Shown here piece by piece: positions 36,651 to 45,921 of a DNA stretch of 64,000 nucleotides (position 1 is the first letter of the stretch; each line of letters starts with the position of its first letter). Location: positions 136,766 through 200,765 of the forward strand of contig CAZBFO010000003.1 of assembly GCA_964491475.1 (NCBI GenBank). The letters run 5' to 3'. A program made the translations under genes and the position numbers. Origin of the DNA: an uncultured Gammaproteobacteria bacterium (GTDB lineage Bacteria; Patescibacteriota; Patescibacteriia; SG8-24). The notes below the pieces were generated by a model that was given only the letters and a program-made list of their open reading frames with translations, did no database searches and had not been told where the DNA came from.

Positions 36651-38258
36651 ATGACGGTGATGTTGCCGGAGTTTCGGCTGAATGAAGAAGCGATGCACGA
36701 ATACTGCGAACGCCGCGGAGCAACGCTGCTTCGCGTGCTGCAGGAAGCGCGCGGGGGCACCGATGCCTGCAGCGGCGTGTTCCTGGCGATCGATGCCGAC
36801 GGCATCGTGAAGGTGTTCAAGGAGGAGCTGCCGCACAAGGATGCCGAGGTCGGCGCGACCGAAAAGGAATCCGAAGTGCACGCACGATTGGAAGGGCTTC
36901 CGTTTTTTCCAAGGCTCTACGGGGTTGAGGATTTCGGAGGCATTTCGGTGATGCGACAGTCGGTAGCATACGGACAAGAGCTGCAGGCCTGGCTCGATGC
37001 CGGAGTGCAGTTCGCACCGCAGGAGGTTCGTTCGATCATGGGACGGGTTGCCGGAGCGTTGGCTGTCATGCATGAACGGGGAGTCCTGCATCAGGACATT
37101 CGTCCGGCCAACATCAGGATCGATGGCGACGCGCTGTCGCTGATTGATGTCGGTGACGGTCGTATCTGCAAGGCAGGCAAGGTCATATCCGCGACTCCCA
37201 GCGATCCGGTCTACGCGCCGCCTGAAACGGCTTCGCAAGGGCAGGCGTCAGTCGTATCTGACGTGTTCCAGTTGGGGGCAGTCGGCCGGCAGTTAGCCGA
37301 CAGACGGGCCTTCCAGTACGCGCAACTGAACTCCTGGATCGACCGTATGGTCAATCCTGACCCGAACGGCCGTCCGAGCGCAGCGTCCGTTGCCAGCGGC
37401 TTGGGCGAAACGGGGCGATTGCGCATCCATGCCCCGCGCGGATCGCGCCGTACCTTGCCAGATGCGGGCATCGTGCTGTTCCCGGCAAGGATGGGAATCC
37501 CGCACCAAGGCCACGTCGATTTTATCGCACGGGTCATGGAGTTGGGATTTCCCGTCATCATCTCGCTGCAGCGGTCGTACACGATAACCGACCGCGACCC
37601 GTTGCCGAAGTGGCAGGTGATGAAGATGGTGGCGGCGTCGCTGGTCGAGAAGGGCTTCGTGCCGGACCAGGACTTCAGCTTCGTCTTCACGCCCCTGTTC
37701 GGGAGCGACGAGGCGCATCGGATGCACTTCGCCATGATGCCCGGAATGGACCGGGTGGTCGCGGTGGCGTCGGGCAACCCCGACGTGCAGGCGCTGTTTC
37801 CGGAGCTGCCGTTCATCGACCAGCGCGCGGTGTTCGGTCACGAAGGCGAGGACTATCTGGAACGGTCGTGGGGCGAAGGGCTCCGGGACGCGGTCCGTCT
37901 CGGCGTGCGCGGCACGTTTTCCGCGCTCGCGGCCTCCGGCGTCGAGAAGGTCCTCTCGTTTGCGGAGCTGCGCCGCGATTACGCCGCCGTGCAGGTCGAG
38001 TTCGTGCGAGGCTCGGTGACGGTCGTCGTCATCGACGGTGCCGGCAACGAGGCCGCTCGCGGGCGTGCGCTTCGTTATCTCGCGCCGCAACAGTCTGCCG
38101 TCCGCCACCTGGCGGCGACCGGCCTGCAGACGCGGGTCACCGACCTGTATGCGCGTGACACCGCCGTCGAGGTCGACGGCGTGCCTCGCGTCCTGCGGGA
38201 TGCCGGAACGACCGTCGACGCCGAAGGGAACGTCGAAATCAGCTTCGCGCTCGTTTGA
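36651..38258 (+). CDS. Ser/Thr kinase fused to a HIGH-superfamily (NMNAT/cytidylyltransferase-like) nucleotidyltransferase
   Basis: LHQDIRPANI, IDVG, YAPPE, SDVFQLG; then FPARMGIPHQGH, RDPL, ASGNPDVQALF; AAGGAG SD. Confidence 0.8.
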   Translation: MTVMLPEFRLNEEAMHEYCERRGATLLRVLQEARGGTDACSGVFLAIDADGIVKVFKEELPHKDAEVGATEKESEVHARLEGLPFFPRLYGVEDFGGISVMRQSVAYGQELQAWLDAGVQFAPQEVRSIMGRVAGALAVMHERGVLHQDIRPANIRIDGDALSLIDVGDGRICKAGKVISATPSDPVYAPPETASQGQASVVSDVFQLGAVGRQLADRRAFQYAQLNSWIDRMVNPDPNGRPSAASVASGLGETGRLRIHAPRGSRRTLPDAGIVLFPARMGIPHQGHVDFIARVMELGFPVIISLQRSYTITDRDPLPKWQVMKMVAASLVEKGFVPDQDFSFVFTPLFGSDEAHRMHFAMMPGMDRVVAVASGNPDVQALFPELPFIDQRAVFGHEGEDYLERSWGEGLRDAVRLGVRGTFSALAASGVEKVLSFAELRRDYAAVQVEFVRGSVTVVVIDGAGNEAARGRALRYLAPQQSAVRHLAATGLQTRVTDLYARDTAVEVDGVPRVLRDAGTTVDAEGNVEISFALV

Positions 38259-38340
38259 GCGCAATGAGCCCACGGAATCTTCCGTGGGCTTTTTTCATGG
38301 CCGCGACGATGCTACTATTGGCCAGTAACCTAACGTTTGC

Positions 38341-40233
38341 ATGCCCGAAGCTTCCGCAACCACCGGCCGAAAGCTCCTGCGGCTGTTCGAAGAGCCTTGG
38401 CGCGATGCCGCGATCATCATCGCGCTGACATTGGCGGTCTCCGCCGACTACTTTGGTTTCCGTGAGCCGTGGGTGCTCGCGCTCTTCGCAGTGCTCGGCG
38501 CATTGCCTACCGTGCTTTCCGCCCTGGCTTCTTTGCGCAAGCGCACGGTCGGCATCGACGCGTTCAACGCCGTCGCGGTGGTCATTTCCTTCGCCACCGG
38601 AGAACTGCGCTCGGCGGCCTTCATCGCCCTGATGCTGTCGTTCGCGCGCCTGCTCGACTGGCGCACGCAGACTCGCGCCCGCGATGCCATCAGCGAGCTG
38701 CTCAAGCTCAAGCCGCTCAAGGCCGTACGCGAAGTCGGTGAAAAGCTGGAAGACGTGGCCGTCGACGATGTGAAGAAGGGCGACATCCTGCTGGTACGTC
38801 CGGGCAGCCGCGTGCCGGTCGACGGCCGTATCGTTTTCGGCCAAGTGTCGATCAACGAGTCTTCCGTTACGGGGGAGTCGGCGCTGGTCGAAAAGACCGT
38901 CGGCGACGCGGTCATCAGTTCCACGCTGGTGGAGTCCGGCGTGCTCAAGATGGAGGCTACCGGTGTCGGCGCCGATTCGACCATTGAGCGGATGGCGGCG
39001 CTGATGCGCCAGGCTGCCCAGAACAAGTCGCGCACCGAACGCCTGGCCGACCGCTATGCCGGCTGGTTCCTCCCGTTCGTTGCGGTGCTCGGCCTGGTCA
39101 CCTATCTCGTCACGCGCGATGCCGGCAAGACGGCGGCGCTGTTCCTGGTCGCCTGCGCCGACGACATGGCCGTGGCCGTTCCGCTGGCGATGACCGCCGC
39201 GCTCGGCCGCGCCGCCAGCCGCGGCGTTGTGGTGAAGGGCGGCGAGTGGCTCGAGGCGCTCCACAACATGAAAACGCTGGTGCTCGACAAGACCGGCACG
39301 CTCACCTACGGCCGCCTGGAAATCCGCGACGTGCATCCCGAACCGTGGATCGCCGAGGACGAGTTCCTGCGATTGGCGGCGGCTGCGGAAAAATTCTCCG
39401 AACATCCCATCGGGCGCGCCATCTACCGCACCGTCAAACGCAGGCAGGGCACGGTCTCCGATCCCGATACCTTCGAGTCGTTCAAGAGCGCGGGCGTGGT
39501 CGCCATGGTCGACGGCCAGAGCGTCGTTGCCGGCAACGAGCGCATCGTCGCCGAGCGCGGGCTGTCGCTGCCGCCGGAGATGCTGGCGAAGTTCGAAGCG
39601 GAGAAAGACGAGCATGGACAGACCACGGTGCTGGTGATGGTCGACGGGAAGTTCGCCGGGCTGATCACGGTGGCGGACGTGCCTCGCCACGAAGCTGCCG
39701 AGGCCATGCGCGGCCTGAAGGCCCTCGGCGTGGAGCGCATCGTCATGTTCACCGGCGACAACGAGCGCACCGCCGCCGACGTCGCCAGGACGCTGGGCAT
39801 CGGCGAGTTCCGGTCGTCGATGACTCCGGAATCCAAGCTGGCGGAGCTGCGCGCGCTGCAGAAGCAAGGCGCGGTCGGCATGGTCGGCGACGGCGTGAAC
39901 GACGCGCCGGCGCTGGCCGCGTCCGACGTCGGCATCGCCATGGGCGGCGGCGGCACCGCGGTCGCCGTCGAGGCGGCCGACGTGGTGGTACTGACTGACG
40001 ACTTGGAGCGCCTGCCGGAAATGGTCGACCTTGGGCACCGCGTCATGAAAGTGGTGCGGAACGACACGGTCATCTGGATCGCCACCAACCTGTTCGGCTT
40101 CGCGCTGGTTCTCACCGGCTTCATGGGACCGGCCTTCGCCGCCGCATACAACTTCGCCACGGACTTCCTGCCGATTCTCAATTCCAGCCTGCTGTTCGGC
40201 GGGGGCAAGGGCAGGGAAAAGAAGGGGGCGTGA
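38341..40233 (+). CDS. P1B-type heavy-metal ATPase
   Basis: TGES, DKTGTLT, SEHP, TGDN, GDGVNDAPAL; TM motif ACADD. Confidence 0.93.
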   Translation: MPEASATTGRKLLRLFEEPWRDAAIIIALTLAVSADYFGFREPWVLALFAVLGALPTVLSALASLRKRTVGIDAFNAVAVVISFATGELRSAAFIALMLSFARLLDWRTQTRARDAISELLKLKPLKAVREVGEKLEDVAVDDVKKGDILLVRPGSRVPVDGRIVFGQVSINESSVTGESALVEKTVGDAVISSTLVESGVLKMEATGVGADSTIERMAALMRQAAQNKSRTERLADRYAGWFLPFVAVLGLVTYLVTRDAGKTAALFLVACADDMAVAVPLAMTAALGRAASRGVVVKGGEWLEALHNMKTLVLDKTGTLTYGRLEIRDVHPEPWIAEDEFLRLAAAAEKFSEHPIGRAIYRTVKRRQGTVSDPDTFESFKSAGVVAMVDGQSVVAGNERIVAERGLSLPPEMLAKFEAEKDEHGQTTVLVMVDGKFAGLITVADVPRHEAAEAMRGLKALGVERIVMFTGDNERTAADVARTLGIGEFRSSMTPESKLAELRALQKQGAVGMVGDGVNDAPALAASDVGIAMGGGGTAVAVEAADVVVLTDDLERLPEMVDLGHRVMKVVRNDTVIWIATNLFGFALVLTGFMGPAFAAAYNFATDFLPILNSSLLFGGGKGREKKGA

Positions 40234-40302
40234 CCCCCTTTTTCTTTTTCGGCGAAGCGCGTATTATGGGTCAGCCGCTTACTTTCATCATCATTTCCGC
40301 AC

Positions 40303-40905
40303 ATGCCTAGCATTGTCGTTTACGGGGGCCGCATGGGCTCGTCCTTCCGCGTTCACTGGATGCTCGCCGAGCTCGGTCTCACCTACGAAACCAAGTCCTT
40401 GGACATGGCCAACGGCGAACACAAGAAGCCGGAGTTTTTGGCCGTCAATCCCGCCGGTCAGATCCCCGTCATGATCTACGACGGTTTCACGCTGACCGAA
40501 TCCGCCGCCATCGCCCACTACCTCGCCGAAAAGCACAGGCCCGAACTGCTCGGTGCCACTCCCGAAGTCCGTGCCACCGGCATGCGCTGGGAGCTGTTCA
40601 CCCTGCTCAACCTCAACCCGCACTTCACCACGCTGGCCTTGGAGAAGTGGGGCCGCGCCGTGTCCGGCGACGAGAAGGCCAAGGCCAACGAGGCGCTGGC
40701 GCAGAAGCTGCCGGTGCTCGAGGGCTGGCTGGCCAAGAACGCCTGGGTCGCCGGCGATGCCTTCACCGTTGCCGACGTGGTGGTGCGCGCCACCTTCGAT
40801 TACGCCGGCTTCGTTGGGTACGACCTCTCGGCCTACTCGGCCCTTTCGGCCTGGGTCAGGAAGTGCGCCGAGCGTCCGGCGTATCTTGCCGCGCACCAGT
40901 CGTAA
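40303..40905 (+). CDS. Glutathione S-transferase family protein
   Basis: NPAGQIP, LTESAAI, GDAFTVADV. Confidence 0.9.
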   Translation: MPSIVVYGGRMGSSFRVHWMLAELGLTYETKSLDMANGEHKKPEFLAVNPAGQIPVMIYDGFTLTESAAIAHYLAEKHRPELLGATPEVRATGMRWELFTLLNLNPHFTTLALEKWGRAVSGDEKAKANEALAQKLPVLEGWLAKNAWVAGDAFTVADVVVRATFDYAGFVGYDLSAYSALSAWVRKCAERPAYLAAHQS

Positions 40906-40910
40906 CCGTT

Positions 40911-41828
40911 ATGGAAGCGCTGCGAATCGAAACACTGCGCAAGACCTATCCCGGCGGGCAGGGGAGCCAGCCGGTCGAGGCGCTCAAGGGAGTCGACCTT
41001 TCCATCGCGGAAGGCGACTTTTTTGCGCTCCTGGGAGCCAACGGCGCAGGCAAGACCACGCTCATCAACATCACCGTCGGCCTGGTCACCAAGACCTCCG
41101 GCAAGGTGAAGGTGTTCGGCTTCGATCAGGACACCGACCCGGACGGCGCCAAGTCGCAGATCGGCGTGGTGCCGCAGGAGTTCAATTTCAACTTCTTCGA
41201 AAAGGTCCGCGACATCGTCATCACCCAGGGCGGCTTTTACGGCATGAACCGCGACGAGGCCGCCGCGCGTGCCGACGAGGTCATCAAGGACCTCGGCCTG
41301 TGGGACAAGAAGGACACCGTCTCGATGCGCCTCTCCGGCGGCATGAAGCGCCGCCTGATGATCGCCCGCGCGCTGGTGCACCGCCCCAAGCTGCTGATTC
41401 TCGACGAGCCCACGGCCGGCGTGGACGTGGAGCTGCGCCGCGGCATGTGGGAGTACCTGGTGAAGCTCAATAAGGAGGGGATGACCATCTTGCTCACCAC
41501 GCACTATCTCGAAGAGGTGGAGCAGTTGTGCCGCAACATGACCATCATTCAGCGCGGCACGGTGGTGAAGTCCGGCGCGGTGTCCGCGCTGCTGGCCGAA
41601 GCACAGGGCGCGCGCTACAAACTGACGCTCAACGCGGCCCCGTCCGAGGCGCAGGCCAAGGCCATCGGTGCCGAAGAGATCAAGGACAAGACGGTCACCG
41701 TTCCGCTTTCCGCCGGCAGCACGCTCGACGCGCTCTTCGCAAAGGTGCGCGAGGCCGGCCTGCACGTGATCGACGTCGCTCACGCCCAGAACCGCGTCGA
41801 GGAGCTGTACCTCTCAACCCTCAAGTGA
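40911..41828 (+). CDS. ABC-2 transporter ATP-binding protein (YadG-like)
   Basis: GANGAGKTT, VPQEFN, LSGGMKRR, LDEPTAGVD. Confidence 0.92.
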   Translation: MEALRIETLRKTYPGGQGSQPVEALKGVDLSIAEGDFFALLGANGAGKTTLINITVGLVTKTSGKVKVFGFDQDTDPDGAKSQIGVVPQEFNFNFFEKVRDIVITQGGFYGMNRDEAAARADEVIKDLGLWDKKDTVSMRLSGGMKRRLMIARALVHRPKLLILDEPTAGVDVELRRGMWEYLVKLNKEGMTILLTTHYLEEVEQLCRNMTIIQRGTVVKSGAVSALLAEAQGARYKLTLNAAPSEAQAKAIGAEEIKDKTVTVPLSAGSTLDALFAKVREAGLHVIDVAHAQNRVEELYLSTLK

Positions 41829-41829
41829 T

Positions 41830-42606
41830 ATGCGACGCATCGACATCATCAAGAACGGCTACCTGACCATCGTACGCCGCGAGGCGCACCGCATCTTCCG
41901 CATCTGGTCGCAGACGCTGCTGCCGCCGCTCATTACGCAGTCGCTGTACTTCCTGATCTTCGGCGGCTTCATCGGCTCGCGCGTCGGATTGGTAGACGGC
42001 GTTCCCTACATGGCCTTCATCGTGCCCGGCCTGGTCATGATGGCCGTGATTCAGAACAGCTTCGCCAACGTGGTCAGCTCGTTCTTCGGCTCCAAGTTCC
42101 AGCGCAGCATCGAGGAGATCCTGGTGTCGCCCACGCCCGACTGGGTGATGCTGGCCGGCTACGTCTCCGGCGGCATCGTCCGCGGAACCACCGTCGGCAT
42201 ACTGGTGTACGCGGTCTCGGCCGTGTTCTCGCATCCGCCGATGCTGCATCCTTGGGCGGTGCTGCTCTTCCTGGTGCTGACGGCCGCGCTGTTCTCGCTG
42301 GCCGGATTCCTCAACGGCATCTTCGCCAAGAAATTCGACGACATCAGCATCTTCACCACCTTCGTACTGGTGCCGCTGACGTATTTGGGAGGAGTGTTCT
42401 ACTCGATCAGGCAGCTGCCGCCGTTCTGGCAGCAGGTCTCGCACCTGAATCCCATCCTGTACATGGTCGACGGCTTCCGTTACGGCTTCTTCGGCGTCGC
42501 CAGCGTGGCGGTGTGGTGGAGCGCGCTGCTGCTCCTGGTCATCAACGCCGCGCTGATCGTCATCAACCTGCGGCTGCTCAAGAAAGGCACCGGAATGAAG
42601 AACTAG
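41830..42606 (+). CDS. ABC-2 transporter permease (YadH-like)
   Basis: RIWSQTLLPP, FIVPGL, PLTYLGGVFYS, NPILY. Confidence 0.92.
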   Translation: MRRIDIIKNGYLTIVRREAHRIFRIWSQTLLPPLITQSLYFLIFGGFIGSRVGLVDGVPYMAFIVPGLVMMAVIQNSFANVVSSFFGSKFQRSIEEILVSPTPDWVMLAGYVSGGIVRGTTVGILVYAVSAVFSHPPMLHPWAVLLFLVLTAALFSLAGFLNGIFAKKFDDISIFTTFVLVPLTYLGGVFYSIRQLPPFWQQVSHLNPILYMVDGFRYGFFGVASVAVWWSALLLLVINAALIVINLRLLKKGTGMKN

Positions 42607-42610
42607 CCGG

Positions 42611-43240
42611 TCAGCGCCGGGTCGGCTTTCGCCACTCGACGATTTCGCCGGCGCGAATCTCGACGTCGTCCGCTTTCCGAAGCGCGGCGACGTCTTTCGT
42701 TTTGAGGATGCTGACGTGCGGAACCGCGCAGAGGTGCTCCGGCACGAACCAGACCGGATCCTCGGAAGTCATCCAGCCGTGCTTGTCGAAGCGCGCCAGG
42801 TTCACGGGACGGGAGAAGGTCCGCATGGTCTTGCGCCCGTTCTGGAGGAAGTATTCGTGAAAGTAGGACATTACCAGCTCGCGGACGTTGGCGTAGACGG
42901 GTTCGCGGTAGCGCAGCACGCCGTGGTTGGTCTTGGAGAGGGCGCCCCAGCGTCCGCGCTCGCGGAACACGGTGATGACGTGGTCGTAATCGCCATCGGC
43001 GGCCTCGATGTCGACGATCAGCGGCGGATGGCCGATGAGCCGCAGCGCGGCGGCCGCGAACATCGCGCCTTCCATGCATTGCGCGTTGCGCTCGGCCAGC
43101 ACGCGGCGCGGCGACTTGCAGGTGTCGCCGTCCGGCTCGAAGTTGAACGGCATGGCGTTCAGGAAGTCCTGGATTTTGGCAGGCGCGGTCAGCCGTCGCA
43201 GCACTTTCATCTCCGCAGGCGTGAATCCGAAGTCGCGCAT
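42611..43240 (-). CDS. Transglutaminase/papain-like fold hypothetical protein
   Basis: AQCMEGAMFAA...DHV...WGALSKTN, Cys-His catalytic-like arrangement. Confidence 0.7.
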   Translation of the reverse strand: MRDFGFTPAEMKVLRRLTAPAKIQDFLNAMPFNFEPDGDTCKSPRRVLAERNAQCMEGAMFAAAALRLIGHPPLIVDIEAADGDYDHVITVFRERGRWGALSKTNHGVLRYREPVYANVRELVMSYFHEYFLQNGRKTMRTFSRPVNLARFDKHGWMTSEDPVWFVPEHLCAVPHVSILKTKDVAALRKADDVEIRAGEIVEWRKPTRR

Positions 43241-43339
43241 ATGCGGGTAGTGTAGCATGCGCCTTGCATGCGGGGCACGGTATTGACTTTGGGTTTTTTT
43301 GCTGCTAGCTTTCGGCAACGTCCTTTCCAGGAGGAAACA

Positions 43340-44241
43340 ATGTCATTTCTGCAAACGTTGCGCGGCGTCGCGTCCATCGTCGGGGCCGGCGTCGACCTGT
43401 GGGTCGAACCGCCGGGAACCGACGGTCTGACCGTCACGTTAGACCGAGGCTGGGCCGAACGGCACGCGGCCGCGCGCAAAGAGTTCCGCCGGAACAATCC
43501 CGAGTTTGCCGAGCGGCAACGGAGGCAGACGGAGGACTTTCGCAAGAGAGGGCTCCTACGCGAGGTGCCGAAGAACCTGCACGAATACATCTGCGCCTGA
43601 AACATGCGGCGACGGGCGGGGAGTGGGAAGCGCGGCTTTCCATCGACGCCGACCAGGAGCGCGTCGACTGGACATACACGTCCGGCGAGCTGTTCAGCCG
43701 CAGGCACCTGGGTTCCGCCGCCATTGGCGTGTTTTTCATCACCCTGCCCGCGGCGGTGCTGCTGTCGCCGTACCTGTTCGTGCGGTCGCGCCTGTACGCC
43801 GCCGAGGAAGAGCGCCTGCAGATGTCTCGTCACGCCATCGCTCTTCTCAAAGCGCTCGGTGATCAGATCACCTTCGACGAGCAGCGCGAGCTGACCGTGG
43901 CGTTCAAGAACGAGTGGCAGTACGAATGGCTGATGAAGCAATCCATCGGTTTCGAACGCGCCAAGGAGTTCCTGAAGGCGCTGCCGCTCACCGAAGAGCG
44001 CGTTACTGCCGACGCCGCCAAGGACTACGACGACTGCGGCGCGACGAGCCTGCACTGGTTCGGCGAACAGGGCGACTGCCTGGCTAGCGGAAGCTTTTAC
44101 GGCGAACGCGACCACTACGTCGACGTGCTCGCCTCGCGTTTCGAAGGTAAAGAGGCCGACGTGCTGGCCGCCTGCTATGCCAAGCGCAGGCTGCGGATCG
44201 ACGGCAAAGACCAAGACGAACAGGAAGAAAAGAAGGCATAA
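43340..44241 (+). pseudogene. Hypothetical protein, probably frameshifted near 43590-43600
   Basis: SD-led ORF 43340-43600 stops while an overlapping frame (open 43399-44241) becomes protein-like from LKHAATGGEW and has no obvious start of its own. Confidence 0.55.
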
Positions 44242-44312
44242 AAAAGAACCGCACTGCATGTGCGGTCCGAGCGCCAAGCGGCGCTCTTTTTCTTTTTCTC
44301 CGGTCGCCGAGG

Positions 44313-45506
44313 TCAGTAGACCTTGGGCTTGCCGGCGTCGAAGCCGGCGGAACGTTTGCCGTTACCGGTCGGTTTGACGGGAACGCCGCGGAGCATGTCC
44401 CAGGGGATGTGCACGCCGATCTGCACCAGCGCGTTGAGGATGTAGGGGACGCGCGCCGGCGACTCCGTCGGCAGACGGTAGATCGCCGCCGCGTAGGACT
44501 TGAGCGCGTCCTCGCTCTGGGTGATGTCGTCCGAGACGGCGAGGTCGAGCAGGTTGACCAGCTCCTCGCGGTTCATGCAGCCGGTCGCGGAGACCAGCTC
44601 TGGCCGTTCGAAGATCGTCTGGAAGTGGTCCGCCTCGGCGGCCAGGCCGCGCGAGACCAGGACGCCCGGCCCGCAGAACACCTCGTTGTACCCGTCGATC
44701 ACCTTCTTTGCCGACGCGATGATCGGGTTGATGTCCGGCATGTTGTTGACCGGGGGAGGGGCGCCCATCTGCATCCCGCCGCCGGCCAGCTGCTGCACCA
44801 TCGTCTGCATCGCCTGCTGGAACGCGAGCGGGTTCGCCGACTGCGTCAGCCACGAGTCGTTCCAGGCCTTGGCCCGATCGTGGAAACCCGAGATGAGCGA
44901 CCAGAAGCTCTCCGCCTTGGAGAGAAATTCCCGCTTGTTCTTCTCGGTGTAGATGCGCGAGGTTGAGACCTTGGCCGCCGCGAACACGTCGCGGTAGGCC
45001 TTCTGCGTGAACAGGTCCTGGAGCTCGTAGTAGACCGGAGGGTACTGCTCCTTGTTCTTGGCGGTGCGGTACTCGATCGCCGACATGAGGTTCTCTTCGA
45101 GGTCGAAGAGGCCCATGCGGTAGGCGAGCAGGACGCTCACGGCGGCCGCGACGTCGTTCTCCTCCATCTTGGGGACGCCGCCGACCTGCAGGAGCTTGAT
45201 GAGCGATTTGCCCCTCGGGATGACCGGGAGCAGGCTTGCGGCTCCGGCGATCGGATCCATAGGGGCGGCCGTGCCCGCCAGGTTGGCGGGCGGCGTCGGC
45301 GCGGGTTTGAGCTCGATGATGAGCTTGCGCGCCTTGACGAGCGGGACGCCGAAGCCGGTCCAGTCGTTTTCGGTGAGCAGCGCCGCGTCCTCGAGCGTCT
45401 CGACCCCGGCGGCCTTGGCCTTGGCAGCCACGTCGGCCACCTTCGCCTTGGCCTCGTCCGTATCGCTGCCGAACAGGGCAGTCAGTTTCGCGAGCAACTC
45501 GTCCAT
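44313..45506 (-). CDS. Hypothetical protein with N-terminal SAM-like helical domain
   Basis: GVETLEDAALLTENDWTGFGVPLVKARKL resembles a SAM consensus; Pro-rich linker; divergent from the kinase operon. Confidence 0.65.
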   Translation of the reverse strand: MDELLAKLTALFGSDTDEAKAKVADVAAKAKAAGVETLEDAALLTENDWTGFGVPLVKARKLIIELKPAPTPPANLAGTAAPMDPIAGAASLLPVIPRGKSLIKLLQVGGVPKMEENDVAAAVSVLLAYRMGLFDLEENLMSAIEYRTAKNKEQYPPVYYELQDLFTQKAYRDVFAAAKVSTSRIYTEKNKREFLSKAESFWSLISGFHDRAKAWNDSWLTQSANPLAFQQAMQTMVQQLAGGGMQMGAPPPVNNMPDINPIIASAKKVIDGYNEVFCGPGVLVSRGLAAEADHFQTIFERPELVSATGCMNREELVNLLDLAVSDDITQSEDALKSYAAAIYRLPTESPARVPYILNALVQIGVHIPWDMLRGVPVKPTGNGKRSAGFDAGKPKVY

Positions 45507-45765
45507 GAGATGTCTCCGTCTTTCGTTGTGGTTGCGCGATCGTATTGGAAGGAACAGACGCTGCAGTACACCCTTTTCTGCCCCGATTGTCAAGCGTTTT
45601 CGACGAGCGCTGCGGCTTGTCCACAACGCGCCCCGCCGGCGCTGCTTGACGGCATTCCTGCGAGTGGTACAACTGCAGGTGTTAGTGTACTACATACACA
45701 AACTAACAAACCGGCACGGCGCGTCAAGGCCGCATGTGGACAGACGCATTGATGGCCGGCGAAGA

Positions 45766-45794
45766 TTGACTTTCGACCGCTTTCTCCGTAGATT
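45766..45794 (+). promoter_or_regulatory. Sigma70 promoter of the kinase-vWA-PurA-like operon
   Basis: TTGACT-N17-TAGATT. Confidence 0.6.
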
Positions 45795-45921
45795 TCCGTT
45801 GCCTCTTTTTCTCCCTCGTCCGGTCCACCGCGCCGCGCGGCCGTCCGGGGGAGGCAAAGAACTCCGGTTCGGCCTCGAATTTCGCAACTTGAAAACCAGC
45901 AAAGCAAACCAAGGAGGAAAC

